Below are positions 1 through 9,769 of a stretch of 64,000 nucleotides of DNA, one piece after another. Both the position numbers and the translations under genes were made by a program. How positions within the stretch are numbered: the stretch's first letter is position 1; the number at the start of each line of letters is the position of its first letter. The notes below the pieces were generated by a model. It saw nothing but the letters and a program-made list of their open reading frames with translations, ran no database searches and had not been told where the DNA came from. The DNA comes from Promethearchaeota archaeon (GTDB taxonomy: Archaea; Asgardarchaeota; Lokiarchaeia; Sigyniarchaeales; SOKP01): NCBI GenBank assembly GCA_048938855.1, contig JBHLLT010000001.1:288124-352123 (forward strand), written 5' to 3'.

Positions 1-1
1 T

Positions 2-247
2 CATCTGCTTCTTCATCATTAATTTCATGAATTGAGTAGACTCTTGCTGAATTTGAGCCATTTGTTGATAATCTCCCATAAGTTGAGCGTTTTTCAAACG
101 CTCCCGGAAATTTACTGCTCTTTTTCTCATATCTTGTAAAGTTTCTTTTGTTAATCCTAAATAGTGGTTAAGAACTAGTCCGAGTGCTATCATACCCAAA
201 GTGAGGAATATTATTTGAATAACTACAAATACTTCTGATATAAGCAT
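2..247 (-). CDS. EMC3/TMCO1 (DUF106, Oxa1-superfamily) membrane protein, 5' part; runs off the window edge
   Basis: Manual translation from ATG at 247: MLISEVFVVIQIIFLTLGMIALGLVLNHYLGLTKETLQDMRKRAVNFRERLKNAQLMGDYQQMAQIQQESTQFMKLMMKKQM. One TM helix, then a cytosolic coiled hairpin ending in a Met-rich patch. Confidence 0.7.
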   Translation of the reverse strand, partial: MLISEVFVVIQIIFLTLGMIALGLVLNHYLGLTKETLQDMRKRAVNFRERLKNAQLMGDYQQMAQIQQESTQFMKLMMKKQM

Positions 248-314
248 AATTTATCACTATATTATGAAAGCTATTCTACAAATTAAATTTTTTGAATTCT
301 CATTTTTCACATTT

Positions 315-1391
315 TTATCTTAATTTGCCTTCTAAAAAACCTTTAACGTATTTAGCATACACAGTCTTCCAACGAGTTGGGATTGATGATGCTATCGCAC
401 ATCCCAGACGACAATTATTACAAAAATCGTAATTATCATGCATCTGCATTACTTCTTTTACTTTATGAGAGTTATAGATACTAGATATAGGGTACTTTAA
501 AGCATTAAAGCTTAAAATTGAATGAATTTTGCATGGATAATTAATAAATCCATCATGACTAATAAATAAATATGCTTCTGCGACATGGCAACGAAGGGTT
601 TTTTGAAAGTAATTAGGGGTACCACCAAAACCTCCTTTCTCCACTACCTCGACGCTTATTGGATCAGTTAATATGTTACTATATTTTTTCCTTAATGAGC
701 GTATTAAATTTGCCCATCTAGATATATTTGGTATCAATTTTTCAATGTCTTGGATTTGATAACTTTTGTTCTGGTAATCCCTTATTATATCTTCACAGGG
801 ATATAACTCAATCGAACATCCTAATCTTTCAGTCAATTGGCAAATATCATCTAATAGATGGATATTATCTTTCATAACTACTGTACTGATGATGGGTTTG
901 ATATCATATTTATTAGCAAGCTTTATAGAATCCATTACTTTATCAAATACTTTAATTCCTCGCATTCTATCATGTAATTCTGCTGTAGGATAGTCCAGTG
1001 AAAGTAGAATATAGTCTAATCCTTCCATTTTGTTTTTTTTAAACAAGTTAGGCAGTAAGTATCCATTAGTAGCTATTCCATTCATAAAGTCGTGTATTAC
1101 TCCAGTGTAATATATTAACTCAGGTAAATCTTTTCTCAAGGTTGGCTCACCTCCAGTAAAAGAAAGAGAGAGTGCTCCTAATTCAGCAATTTGATCAATT
1201 AGATATTTTATTTGATTAGTAGTCATATCTGTTCCCAAAACAGATTCTGGTAAAGAATGTATAGAACAAAATGAACATTTTCCATTACAACGTAGAGTCA
1301 GCTCAATCTGAGCAGAGTAGGGAATTCTTTTACTTGTAAAATTATTTAGAATAAAATTTCTAATGTATTGAATCCATTTATTGACTCTCAT
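315..1391 (-). CDS. Radical SAM protein with SPASM/twitch-like C-terminus
   Basis: CNGKCSFC (CxxxCxxC), FTGGEP, C-terminal Cys motifs (CHVA, YPCK, CNNCRLGC). Confidence 0.85.
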   Translation of the reverse strand: MRVNKWIQYIRNFILNNFTSKRIPYSAQIELTLRCNGKCSFCSIHSLPESVLGTDMTTNQIKYLIDQIAELGALSLSFTGGEPTLRKDLPELIYYTGVIHDFMNGIATNGYLLPNLFKKNKMEGLDYILLSLDYPTAELHDRMRGIKVFDKVMDSIKLANKYDIKPIISTVVMKDNIHLLDDICQLTERLGCSIELYPCEDIIRDYQNKSYQIQDIEKLIPNISRWANLIRSLRKKYSNILTDPISVEVVEKGGFGGTPNYFQKTLRCHVAEAYLFISHDGFINYPCKIHSILSFNALKYPISSIYNSHKVKEVMQMHDNYDFCNNCRLGCAIASSIPTRWKTVYAKYVKGFLEGKLR

Positions 1392-1608
1392 TTGAGGAAT
1401 TTAAATGTTCACCGCTCGTCCATTAATATTTTTATAATTATGTATTTAAAGTATAAAGAAATTAAAAATCTAACTTAAAGGTTTCATAATTTAGACTTTT
1501 ATAAAAATATCGTGTTTTATGGAACCAAAAAAAAATAAAAAAAAGGACTGTATGTATTATAAGCGCTCATTAATTTAATCAATTAACTTAATTTGAAAAT
1601 ATGGGGGT

Positions 1609-1953
1609 TTAATATTCGTATCCGCAACTTTTGCAAATATATTTCTTGGCATATATTTTTACACCGCCCATTTGATGTAATACTTGGCTCTTATCTTCAT
1701 GTGTGGTAAAAGCGGTGCCTCCGCACTCTGGACAAATTCTACGACCTTCAACTGGTGGTTTTTCTTCCATTCGCGCCTCTTCTTCTTGTTTATTTACTAT
1801 GGTTGATGGTTTGATAGTTGTAGCAGTGGTTGCAGTTGAAGCTGAGGCTATAGGTGCAGAGCTTACAGAAGTAGGCTCAGTTTTCAATACTTTATCTAGC
1901 TTAGAATTAATTTCTTCAAGTAATTTCAATACTTTTTGCTCGAATTCTGACAA
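1609..1953 (-). CDS. Small protein: N-terminal helix, Ala/Thr/Ser linker, C-terminal zinc ribbon
   Basis: CPECG...CKSCG; TTG start preceded by GGAG. Confidence 0.75.
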   Translation of the reverse strand: MSEFEQKVLKLLEEINSKLDKVLKTEPTSVSSAPIASASTATTATTIKPSTIVNKQEEEARMEEKPPVEGRRICPECGGTAFTTHEDKSQVLHQMGGVKIYAKKYICKSCGYEY

Positions 1954-2201
1954 AAAAGGTCTCCTTTGAAAATTTATTTTTTAATTTTAAAACTATTTTT
2001 TTTAACAATCTAATCTAAGTTAGATTTTATATATTTTAGTAAAATGAAACATGTAGAAAAGATCATTTTAATTTTTAATTTAAGTGCATTATCCCGATAA
2101 GTTCTAATATTAATTGACGGATTTATCTCATCAGAATAATTTAATTATTAACTAATATATATATTCAATTTAAAACATAGTGATGTGAGCGTGTTTTATA
2201 G

Positions 2202-3683
2202 ATGGAAAAATTAGTTTTTGCATATATCTCTGATTGTTTAGATCCAAAGGATTTAATCCTTGCAGCGAGTATTCGTGAATTTGGAGAATCTTTATCAGAT
2301 TATCCGATTTGGGTGTTAGTTCCAAAATTGAAGGAAAAGATAGATAATGATATGAAAAAATTATTTTTATCTCTGAATGTTGATCTAATTCCTCTTTCAA
2401 CAGAGGAGGAGCCAAAATTTCCTTTTATTACTCATGTTCTTGCTGCTGCAAATGCCGAATCATTAGCAAAAGGAAAAGCAAAACTTCTTGCATGGCTAGG
2501 TTCAAATACTATCATTTTTAATGAACCGAGACACTTTCTATTAGATAATGATAAGATTTTAGGTTATCGACCAGTTCATCACACAAACATTGGATCATTT
2601 TACAATGAACTAATAGATCCATTTTGGGAACTAGTATATCAAAAATGCAATGTGTCTGAAGAACAGATTTTTCCGATGAAAACACATGTAGATCATAACG
2701 AGCTTCGACCTTACTTTAATGCAGGTTGTTTAATTATTAGACCAGAGAAGGGATTACTTCAGTCATGGTGGAATTCATATAAAAAATTATATAATGAACA
2801 ATATTTTAAAGAATTTTATGATAAGAATTATCTCTATGCTATTTTCATTCATCAAGCAGTCTTATCAGGTGTTATTCTTTCAACCTTGAAAAGGAATGAA
2901 CTATATGAACTACCATTTGATTATAATTATCCATTAAATCTATATTACAACTGTCCATTTACTTATCGGGTTAAAGATGTTAACAATTTAATTACGGTTC
3001 GGTATGAGGATCTAGGAGAACTGAATAAGGTTCCTATTCAAGATCCTTTGAAAAGTTGGTTAGCAAATCAAATAAATAAGTTCTATCTAAAAACATTATC
3101 CTCCGCTGAGAAAGTTAAATTTGGAAAAGTTGCTTTAGTTTATCCCATCCCTATCATTCTTGCTGGAGCACTTGTTAATAATCAACCTAACTTTGAGACA
3201 TTGGGAGACGTGGGAATAATGGGTATTAAACCTCCACTTGTTTATATTTCATCTGGTCAAGATCATTATACAAATAAAGGAATCCTCGAACATGGAACCT
3301 TTAGCATTAATTTTCCAACAACTCAACTTCTAGCAAAAACTGATTATTGCGGAATAGCATCTGGAAATGATGTAGATAAATCAAATTTATTTAGTATTTT
3401 CTATGGTGACCTAAAAACAGCACCCATGATTCGAGAATGTCCTGTGAATTTAGAATGTAAAGTGATCAAGAAATTCTCAATTCAACATCGACAGATATTT
3501 ATTGGAGATGTTGTGCAATCTTATGTTAATGGAGATTATGTGATTAAAACTGAAGAAGGGTTGAATATTGCAGATATGGTAAAACTAGACCCTATTATCT
3601 ACTCATTAGATAATCATTATTATAAAATTGGCAAAATAGTTGGAATAGGATACCAAGAAGGTAAGAAAATTAAAAGTAATTAG
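2202..3683 (+). CDS. Fusion: GT8-like glycosyltransferase fold plus flavin reductase (flavoredoxin) domain
   Basis: N-terminal PYFNAG and YNYPL motifs; C-terminal LVYPIP...TNKGI..FSINFP...DYCGIASG..DKS...APMIRECPVNLECKV. Confidence 0.7.
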   Translation: MEKLVFAYISDCLDPKDLILAASIREFGESLSDYPIWVLVPKLKEKIDNDMKKLFLSLNVDLIPLSTEEEPKFPFITHVLAAANAESLAKGKAKLLAWLGSNTIIFNEPRHFLLDNDKILGYRPVHHTNIGSFYNELIDPFWELVYQKCNVSEEQIFPMKTHVDHNELRPYFNAGCLIIRPEKGLLQSWWNSYKKLYNEQYFKEFYDKNYLYAIFIHQAVLSGVILSTLKRNELYELPFDYNYPLNLYYNCPFTYRVKDVNNLITVRYEDLGELNKVPIQDPLKSWLANQINKFYLKTLSSAEKVKFGKVALVYPIPIILAGALVNNQPNFETLGDVGIMGIKPPLVYISSGQDHYTNKGILEHGTFSINFPTTQLLAKTDYCGIASGNDVDKSNLFSIFYGDLKTAPMIRECPVNLECKVIKKFSIQHRQIFIGDVVQSYVNGDYVIKTEEGLNIADMVKLDPIIYSLDNHYYKIGKIVGIGYQEGKKIKSN

Positions 3684-3701
3684 AGAGAATTTCACAATTG
3701 G

Positions 3702-4103
3702 TTATTGATTTATTTTTGGTAAATCCCTACTTGCAATAATATTGATATCAAGTCCGAGAACATTTTTAATTAGAATATCTCCCATTTTTATTGGAGCTTT
3801 AACTTTTACTTTTGCGATTTCTTTAAGAGTATCCTTCAGTTTCTCTTTTGGAATAGGTTTTTCAGATCTCACAGGTACTAACGGTAAAAAACCAGACTCT
3901 ACTTGCATGGTCGTTGTTAGAATTCGTTTTGGAGCGACAAATTCTTCTCGTGCATATTCTTCTCCCCTTTTACAAGAATGTCCTTCAATTATTAATTCTC
4001 CATTAACGTTTTCAACGTGTACAAGGCAACCTGTTGGGCAAATTATACATCTTATATCCTTAAAGCCTTCAGGAAGCTCAATTTCATTAGATTCGGTTGA
4101 CAT
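3702..4103 (-). CDS. DUF1667 family CxxCPxGC protein, third subunit of the G3P dehydrogenase operon
   Basis: CIICPTGC...CKRGEEY...PKRILTTT; position in the operon. Confidence 0.85.
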   Translation of the reverse strand: MSTESNEIELPEGFKDIRCIICPTGCLVHVENVNGELIIEGHSCKRGEEYAREEFVAPKRILTTTMQVESGFLPLVPVRSEKPIPKEKLKDTLKEIAKVKVKAPIKMGDILIKNVLGLDINIIASRDLPKINQ

Positions 4104-4125
4104 ATCTCATTACCTCTTTATATGA

Positions 4126-5424
4126 TCAATCCTCTTCAATTAAAACCTCAGGTCGTGGAATAACTTCGACTTCTAAGGTTTTACATTCAGGATCTATTTG
4201 TTGCTCATTTAAGTTTAATTTGATTTCAATCATTTCGCTGGGTATAACGTATCTTCTTTTCCTTTTGTATATTATTTTATTTTTTTCATCTTTAAGTTGA
4301 ATAAGAAGTCTTCTATCAGGTCTTTTAACTCTTAATGTAAAAATTATATCTTTTGATAACTCGGTGCGATTAATTAAGTCGGGCTTTATATAATTTACAT
4401 TTTCACCAGATTTACAAACTATTTGATCTTTTTTCTTAATTTTTATACTAAATCTCTCTTTAATATATTCGACGGCATTTAATCCGGCACGCTTTGCTTC
4501 TGCAGTAACTAAATCAACTAAATCATGAACTTGCAAAACATTACCACATGCAAAAACTCCATCAATAGTCGTTTCTAAATTGTTATCAACTACTGGACCT
4601 CCCATTTGTGATATTTCTGCTCCTGCTCCTCTAGTTAACTCATTTTCAGGAATTAATCCAACTGATAACAGAAGAGCATCACATTCAATAAATTTATCAG
4701 ATCCAATAACTCTATCAAAATTACGATCTACTTTTGAAATTGTTACACCTTGGATTCTATCTTTTCCATGAATTTTTGTTACGGTATAGCTAGTTATTAA
4801 GGGAATTCCATAATCTTCCAAACACTGTACTTCATTTCTTATTAATCCACTTACATACGGTTGAATTTCTACAACAGCTTTAACTTGACAACCTTCCCAG
4901 GTTAAGCGACGAGCCATTATCATCCCAATATCTCCACTTCCTAAAATAACATAAGTTCTACCGGGTAAATATCCTTCAATATTTACAAATCTTTGAGCTT
5001 GTCCAGCAGTGTAAATTCCTGCAGGTCTAAAGCCCGGAATGTTAATTGCTCCTCGAGTTCTTTCGCGGCATCCCATTGCAAGAATAATTGCTTTTGCTTT
5101 AATCTTTATTAATCCTTCTTCTTTGTTTACAGCATAGATTGTTTTGTCTGGTGTGAATTCAATAACCATTGTATCTAATTTATAAGGTATTTTTAATTCT
5201 ATGGCTTGGTTTATAAATCTTTGAACATACTCTGGCCCAGTTAATTCTTCTTCAAACTCATGAAGTCCAAAACCATTATGAATACATTGTAGAGTAATCC
5301 CTCCTAATTCTTTGTCTCTCTCGATAATTAAAACATTTAGGTTTGCTTTCTTTACAACAATAGCTGCAGCCAAACCCGCTGAACCACCACCTATTACTAC
5401 AACATCTACATCATAATTTTTCAT
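4126..5424 (-). CDS. FAD/NAD(P)-dependent oxidoreductase (NADH-oxidase-like subunit of the G3PDH operon)
   Basis: GGGSAG, QCIHNGFG, AMGCRER, GSGDIG, CGNVLQVHDLVD; overlaps the upstream gene at ATGA. Confidence 0.9.
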   Translation of the reverse strand: MKNYDVDVVVIGGGSAGLAAAIVVKKANLNVLIIERDKELGGITLQCIHNGFGLHEFEEELTGPEYVQRFINQAIELKIPYKLDTMVIEFTPDKTIYAVNKEEGLIKIKAKAIILAMGCRERTRGAINIPGFRPAGIYTAGQAQRFVNIEGYLPGRTYVILGSGDIGMIMARRLTWEGCQVKAVVEIQPYVSGLIRNEVQCLEDYGIPLITSYTVTKIHGKDRIQGVTISKVDRNFDRVIGSDKFIECDALLLSVGLIPENELTRGAGAEISQMGGPVVDNNLETTIDGVFACGNVLQVHDLVDLVTAEAKRAGLNAVEYIKERFSIKIKKKDQIVCKSGENVNYIKPDLINRTELSKDIIFTLRVKRPDRRLLIQLKDEKNKIIYKRKRRYVIPSEMIEIKLNLNEQQIDPECKTLEVEVIPRPEVLIEED

Positions 5425-6890
5425 TCTCCCACTCCTCCTCTTTCACTTTCCAAGACAAAATTTTTAGTTTTTCCCAGTAAGAAATTAGAGTCTTCTCCTC
5501 TCTTTGTGATTTCTTCATAAGATTTATTTAATTCTCTTGATAGGATCTCAATAACGCGAGGTCGACAGAATCCTCCTTGACATCGACCCATACCTGGTCT
5601 ACATCGGAATTTTACACCATCAACCGTATTAGCACCAACTGGAGCATGAATTGCATCGATTATTTCTTTTTCGGGAATAGTTTCACAACGGCATATAATT
5701 CGACCCCAGGTTGGGTCTTCTTGTATTCTTTTATCCAGTTCTTCCTTCGAAAAATCTTTAAATCGTTCGGGTTTAGGCCTGATTGGATTATAATCTTCCT
5801 TTTCTTTTAATTCAACACCTAATAATTCCAGAAACTCAATTACTTTTTCTGCAATTGCAAAAGTTGCTGTTAAACCAGGAGATAAAATCCCTGCGACGTT
5901 TATAAGGCCATAAACATCTGTATTGTCAATAATGAAATCATAGGAATCTGGAACCGCTCTTAATCCTGCAAAATTTCGAATTGAACTCCTCACAGGAAGC
6001 TTTGGGACTAATTTTACACCTCCATCCAAAATTTCTTTTAACCCAGCAGTGGTTGTAGATGTATCTTCAGGATCGGTCAAATTTTGAGCATTTGGCCCAA
6101 CAAACGTATTTCCATGGAGTGTGGGGCAAACCAAAATTCCTTTTGATATCTTGGTAGGAATTGGGAATAGTATTTTATTTAATTGAATAGCATTGCGATC
6201 AAAAAGGATATATTCACCCTTTCTAGGCATTATACTAAAATAATCCAAACCTAGCATTTTAGAAATTCTAGCTGCATGTAATCCAGCGGCATTAATTAGA
6301 TTTCTTCCCTGAAATTCACCCTTATAAGTACGAACTGTGAAAAGATAATCTTGATGTTTAATCTTCACACACTCATGGTTTCTAAAAAATTTTACACCAT
6401 TCATTGCTGCATTTTCTGCCAACGCAAAAGTTAATTCATATGGGCTTGCAAGTCCTGCAGTAGGGGCATGTAATACTCCAACAACTTCATCCGTTAAATT
6501 AGGTTCCAATTTTTTAATTTTCTTTTTATCTAGTATTACTTCTAATTCGGGAATTCCATCTTCAGTTCCCTTTTTTCTCTCTTCCTCTAATTTTTCGATT
6601 TGATTATCCTCTAATGCTACTACAAACGATCCTATCCGCTTGAATGGAAAATTTAATTCTTCTGCCGCTTGGGTATATAATTTATTCCCTCTAATACATA
6701 AATATCGTTTAACATACTCTCTTGAAGATGCATAACCTGCATGTATTACCCCCGAATTAGCCTTAGTAGTTCCAGACGCAATTTCTGCCTCTTTTTCTAA
6801 TAAACATATCTTCAAATCATATCTTGAAAGAGTACGGGCAATGCAACAACCAGTAACCCCGCCTCCAATAATGATTACATCATAAATCAA
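5421..6890 (-). CDS. glpA: FAD-dependent glycerol-3-phosphate dehydrogenase-like protein (GlpA/LhgO family) with a BFD-type [2Fe-2S] domain
   Basis: GGGVTG, TKANSGVIHAG, SPGLTA, CRCE...GMGRCQGGFC. Confidence 0.8.
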   Translation of the reverse strand: MIYDVIIIGGGVTGCCIARTLSRYDLKICLLEKEAEIASGTTKANSGVIHAGYASSREYVKRYLCIRGNKLYTQAAEELNFPFKRIGSFVVALEDNQIEKLEEERKKGTEDGIPELEVILDKKKIKKLEPNLTDEVVGVLHAPTAGLASPYELTFALAENAAMNGVKFFRNHECVKIKHQDYLFTVRTYKGEFQGRNLINAAGLHAARISKMLGLDYFSIMPRKGEYILFDRNAIQLNKILFPIPTKISKGILVCPTLHGNTFVGPNAQNLTDPEDTSTTTAGLKEILDGGVKLVPKLPVRSSIRNFAGLRAVPDSYDFIIDNTDVYGLINVAGILSPGLTATFAIAEKVIEFLELLGVELKEKEDYNPIRPKPERFKDFSKEELDKRIQEDPTWGRIICRCETIPEKEIIDAIHAPVGANTVDGVKFRCRPGMGRCQGGFCRPRVIEILSRELNKSYEEITKRGEDSNFLLGKTKNFVLESERGGVGE

Positions 6891-7028
6891 GGAAACACTG
6901 ACCTTTCTTAATATATTTTTTATTAAAACATCTAAAATGAATATTTAAATCTAATCTTAAAAAATATAAATACTTTTAAATTTGTTAAAGAGAAAATTAG
7001 TTTTTTCTAATTTATTTATTTTGTTTCT

Positions 7029-7349
7029 CTACAAAATAGTAGCAAAAAGGAACCATAATAGGTTGAACACAATTGCCAATATTATTAAAATCTTTGTTAC
7101 TGGATTAAATAACGTGTTTTTTAATGCTTTTGTTGTTTTTAGTTGCAGTTCATTTTCTACTAGGTTTTCGAGGGAATTATTAGTAGAAGTTGCTTTTTTC
7201 ATGTGAATTGAACCTAAAAACCTTGGATTTGTAAGACTATTAATAACATCATTTAGATGATTTGAAAATAATTGCTTTTTCTTATTAATAGATTGGAGTT
7301 GATTAAAATCGGGGTTAGCTGTAGAGTTATTATGATTGGTTTGATTCAT
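7029..7349 (-). CDS. Hypothetical tail-anchored membrane protein
   Basis: Hydrophilic Asn-rich body with one hydrophobic helix at the extreme C-terminus. Confidence 0.6.
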   Translation of the reverse strand: MNQTNHNNSTANPDFNQLQSINKKKQLFSNHLNDVINSLTNPRFLGSIHMKKATSTNNSLENLVENELQLKTTKALKNTLFNPVTKILIILAIVFNLLWFLFATIL

Positions 7350-7477
7350 TTTTTTATACTTTTTAGTAATGGTAAAATTTCTATATCATGAATAAAAAAT
7401 CAATTCAATCTTAAATTCCTTTCGATTATAGAAAAAAAAGATATATGTTCAAATTACATTAAAGAAATATAACATTC

Positions 7478-7867
7478 TTAGCTAGGGTCTTCTAAAGAAT
7501 CAATTATATAATTCTCAAAGCCTATAAATATACGAATATTATAACTAACATTTTTCAAAACTTCATCATCATAAACTTCAAAAAACTTTTTTGAGATTTT
7601 TTTTAATTCATTTAAGACCTTCTTATCCTTAATTTTATTTGATGAATTCGCTACAAAAATATAATCGTTTTTCTTAAAGATACTATAACGAATGCTACTC
7701 AACTCAAAGTTCGAAAGTCCTCCCTCAGTAAGAGTTTCTGCGTAAGTGTTTAATGCAATCATTAATCCCCCAAAAATTTGTGATCCCATTTTCGAATCAA
7801 TAACCCGACTATATACTGTTAATCCACTTTCAGTTAATATCCATAAATCTCTTAAAAGTTTTGCCAT
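7478..7867 (-). CDS. Longin/roadblock-fold protein
   Basis: Likely start MAKLLRDLWILTESGLTVYSR; FGGLMIAL helix and C-terminal KKFFEVY..F.F pattern typical of Asgard longin-like proteins. Confidence 0.7.
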   Translation of the reverse strand: MAKLLRDLWILTESGLTVYSRVIDSKMGSQIFGGLMIALNTYAETLTEGGLSNFELSSIRYSIFKKNDYIFVANSSNKIKDKKVLNELKKISKKFFEVYDDEVLKNVSYNIRIFIGFENYIIDSLEDPS

Positions 7868-8026
7868 AACCACCACTAAAGGTAAATAGATTTTTATGTA
7901 TTTATGATACAAGTATTTATTTATTAAAATTAGGATTTCAAAAATTTTTTATATAATTTGGTAAGAATAAAATATATCTTAGTCCTTTACCAAATTATTA
8001 TAAAGACCTTATATAAAACATTGAAG

Positions 8027-9769
8027 ATGGACCCTTATTATAATAAAATCTCCAATCCTTTATTAAAAAAATTCAAGGGAATTGTAGGAGAAAAAGCTTC
8101 TTTTGATGATTATGAAATAAGATATACTTATGCTTTTGGAGGTTCTATTTTTAATAAAGAGTGGATACCAGAATTAATCTTAATACCACAAAACACAAAA
8201 CAAGTTTCTGAGATTTTAACTTTAGCTAATAAAAATAAGATTCCAATAACGCCTCGAGGAAGCGGTACAAGCTTATCATCGGGCTCATTAAGCCCGTATG
8301 GAGGTATAATATTAGATTTAAGTCAAATGAATGGAATAATAAAGGTAGATATTGAAAATAATTTAGTTGAAGTTGAACCAGGAGTAATCTGTGATGATTT
8401 AAATGAAGTATTAAAGCCATATGGATATTTTTTTCCTCCAGATCCCGGATCGAGTTCTGTTGCGACGATAGGAGGAATGGTTGCTAATAATGCAGGAGGG
8501 ATTCAAGCCTTTAAGTATGGTGTTACAAAAAGTTATGTTTTATATTTGGAGGTAGTGTTAGCAGACGGAAAAATTTTAAATTTGGGGTCAAATGTTTTAA
8601 AATCAGTATCATCATATAACATCAAAGATCTTTTTATTGGTTCTGAAGGCACTTTAGGTGTTATTACAAAGATAGGTTTAAGAATTCGCCCTTTACCAAA
8701 AGCAAGGAAATTAGGTTTATTTATTTTTGAAAATGTTGATAATTTAAAGGAAGCTGTTTTAGAGATAAGAAGAAAAGGGATTATACCAAATTTATTGGAA
8801 TTTATGGATAAAGTCATTTTAAAGGCAGTCACTGAATTTTTGGGTGGTGAATTCTACGATTTTCCAGATGGATACGTTTTATTAGCTGAAGTTGACGGAT
8901 ACACTAAAACTGAAGTTGAAGAATCATTTGCAGCTATGTTTGATATTATTATCCAAAAAAATCCAATCTATCATAAAGTTGCTTTAACAGATGAAGAAAG
9001 AGAAAGATTAATCCTTGCTAGAAAAGCAAATCTCCCTGCATTATCAAGAATAAGACCAAATACATGTGTTGAAGATTGTACCATTCAAATTTCAAAGTTT
9101 TCTGAGGTTATTAAAAAAATTGAGAGTATACCTAAGAAAATTAATGCTAAAAACTTATTAGTGGCAATTATATGCCATATGGAAGGAAACCTACATCCTA
9201 CATTTCTATTTAATGAAAATGATCAACAGGATGTAGAAGACTTCAGAAAAGCGATAGATTATTTGTACAAAGAAATCATAATCCCTGCAGGAGGTTCAAT
9301 TACTGGTGAACATGGAATTGGAAAAATCAAAACCCCTTATTTAGAGCTAGAACATGACAAAAATGTTATTAATTTGATGATACAGATTAAGAAATTCTAT
9401 GATCCTAACATGATATTAAATCCGGGAATCGGAAAGGGTGATTTTCGAGAGATTAAATCTTCAAATATAAAACGAGTTCTGAAGAAACAGTCTGATGGAA
9501 TATTAGAACTGAAATGTATGAGATGTGGATTTTGCATTTCTTGTCCTTCAAGGATAAATTATGCTTTAGAAACTTACAGTCCAAGAGGTAGGTTATGCCT
9601 ATTAAACGGTTTAGTACATGGTGATTTAGAGTTAAATGATTTAATAATAGATGTCTTTCACACATGTACTTTATGTGGGCTCTGTCAAACTAAATGTCCT
9701 GCTGGTGTAAATACAACAGAAATTTTTGAAAAGACTCGGGAAATAATTCATGAGGGCTGTAAAAAATAA
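8027..9769 (+). CDS. FAD-linked 2-hydroxyacid (D-lactate/glycolate) dehydrogenase, GlcD type, with a fused 2x[4Fe-4S] domain
   Basis: PRGSGTS, PDPGS, GSEGTLG, GNLHP, GEHGIG, NPG; then CMRCGFC..CP and CTLCGLC...CP. Confidence 0.85.
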   Translation: MDPYYNKISNPLLKKFKGIVGEKASFDDYEIRYTYAFGGSIFNKEWIPELILIPQNTKQVSEILTLANKNKIPITPRGSGTSLSSGSLSPYGGIILDLSQMNGIIKVDIENNLVEVEPGVICDDLNEVLKPYGYFFPPDPGSSSVATIGGMVANNAGGIQAFKYGVTKSYVLYLEVVLADGKILNLGSNVLKSVSSYNIKDLFIGSEGTLGVITKIGLRIRPLPKARKLGLFIFENVDNLKEAVLEIRRKGIIPNLLEFMDKVILKAVTEFLGGEFYDFPDGYVLLAEVDGYTKTEVEESFAAMFDIIIQKNPIYHKVALTDEERERLILARKANLPALSRIRPNTCVEDCTIQISKFSEVIKKIESIPKKINAKNLLVAIICHMEGNLHPTFLFNENDQQDVEDFRKAIDYLYKEIIIPAGGSITGEHGIGKIKTPYLELEHDKNVINLMIQIKKFYDPNMILNPGIGKGDFREIKSSNIKRVLKKQSDGILELKCMRCGFCISCPSRINYALETYSPRGRLCLLNGLVHGDLELNDLIIDVFHTCTLCGLCQTKCPAGVNTTEIFEKTREIIHEGCKK

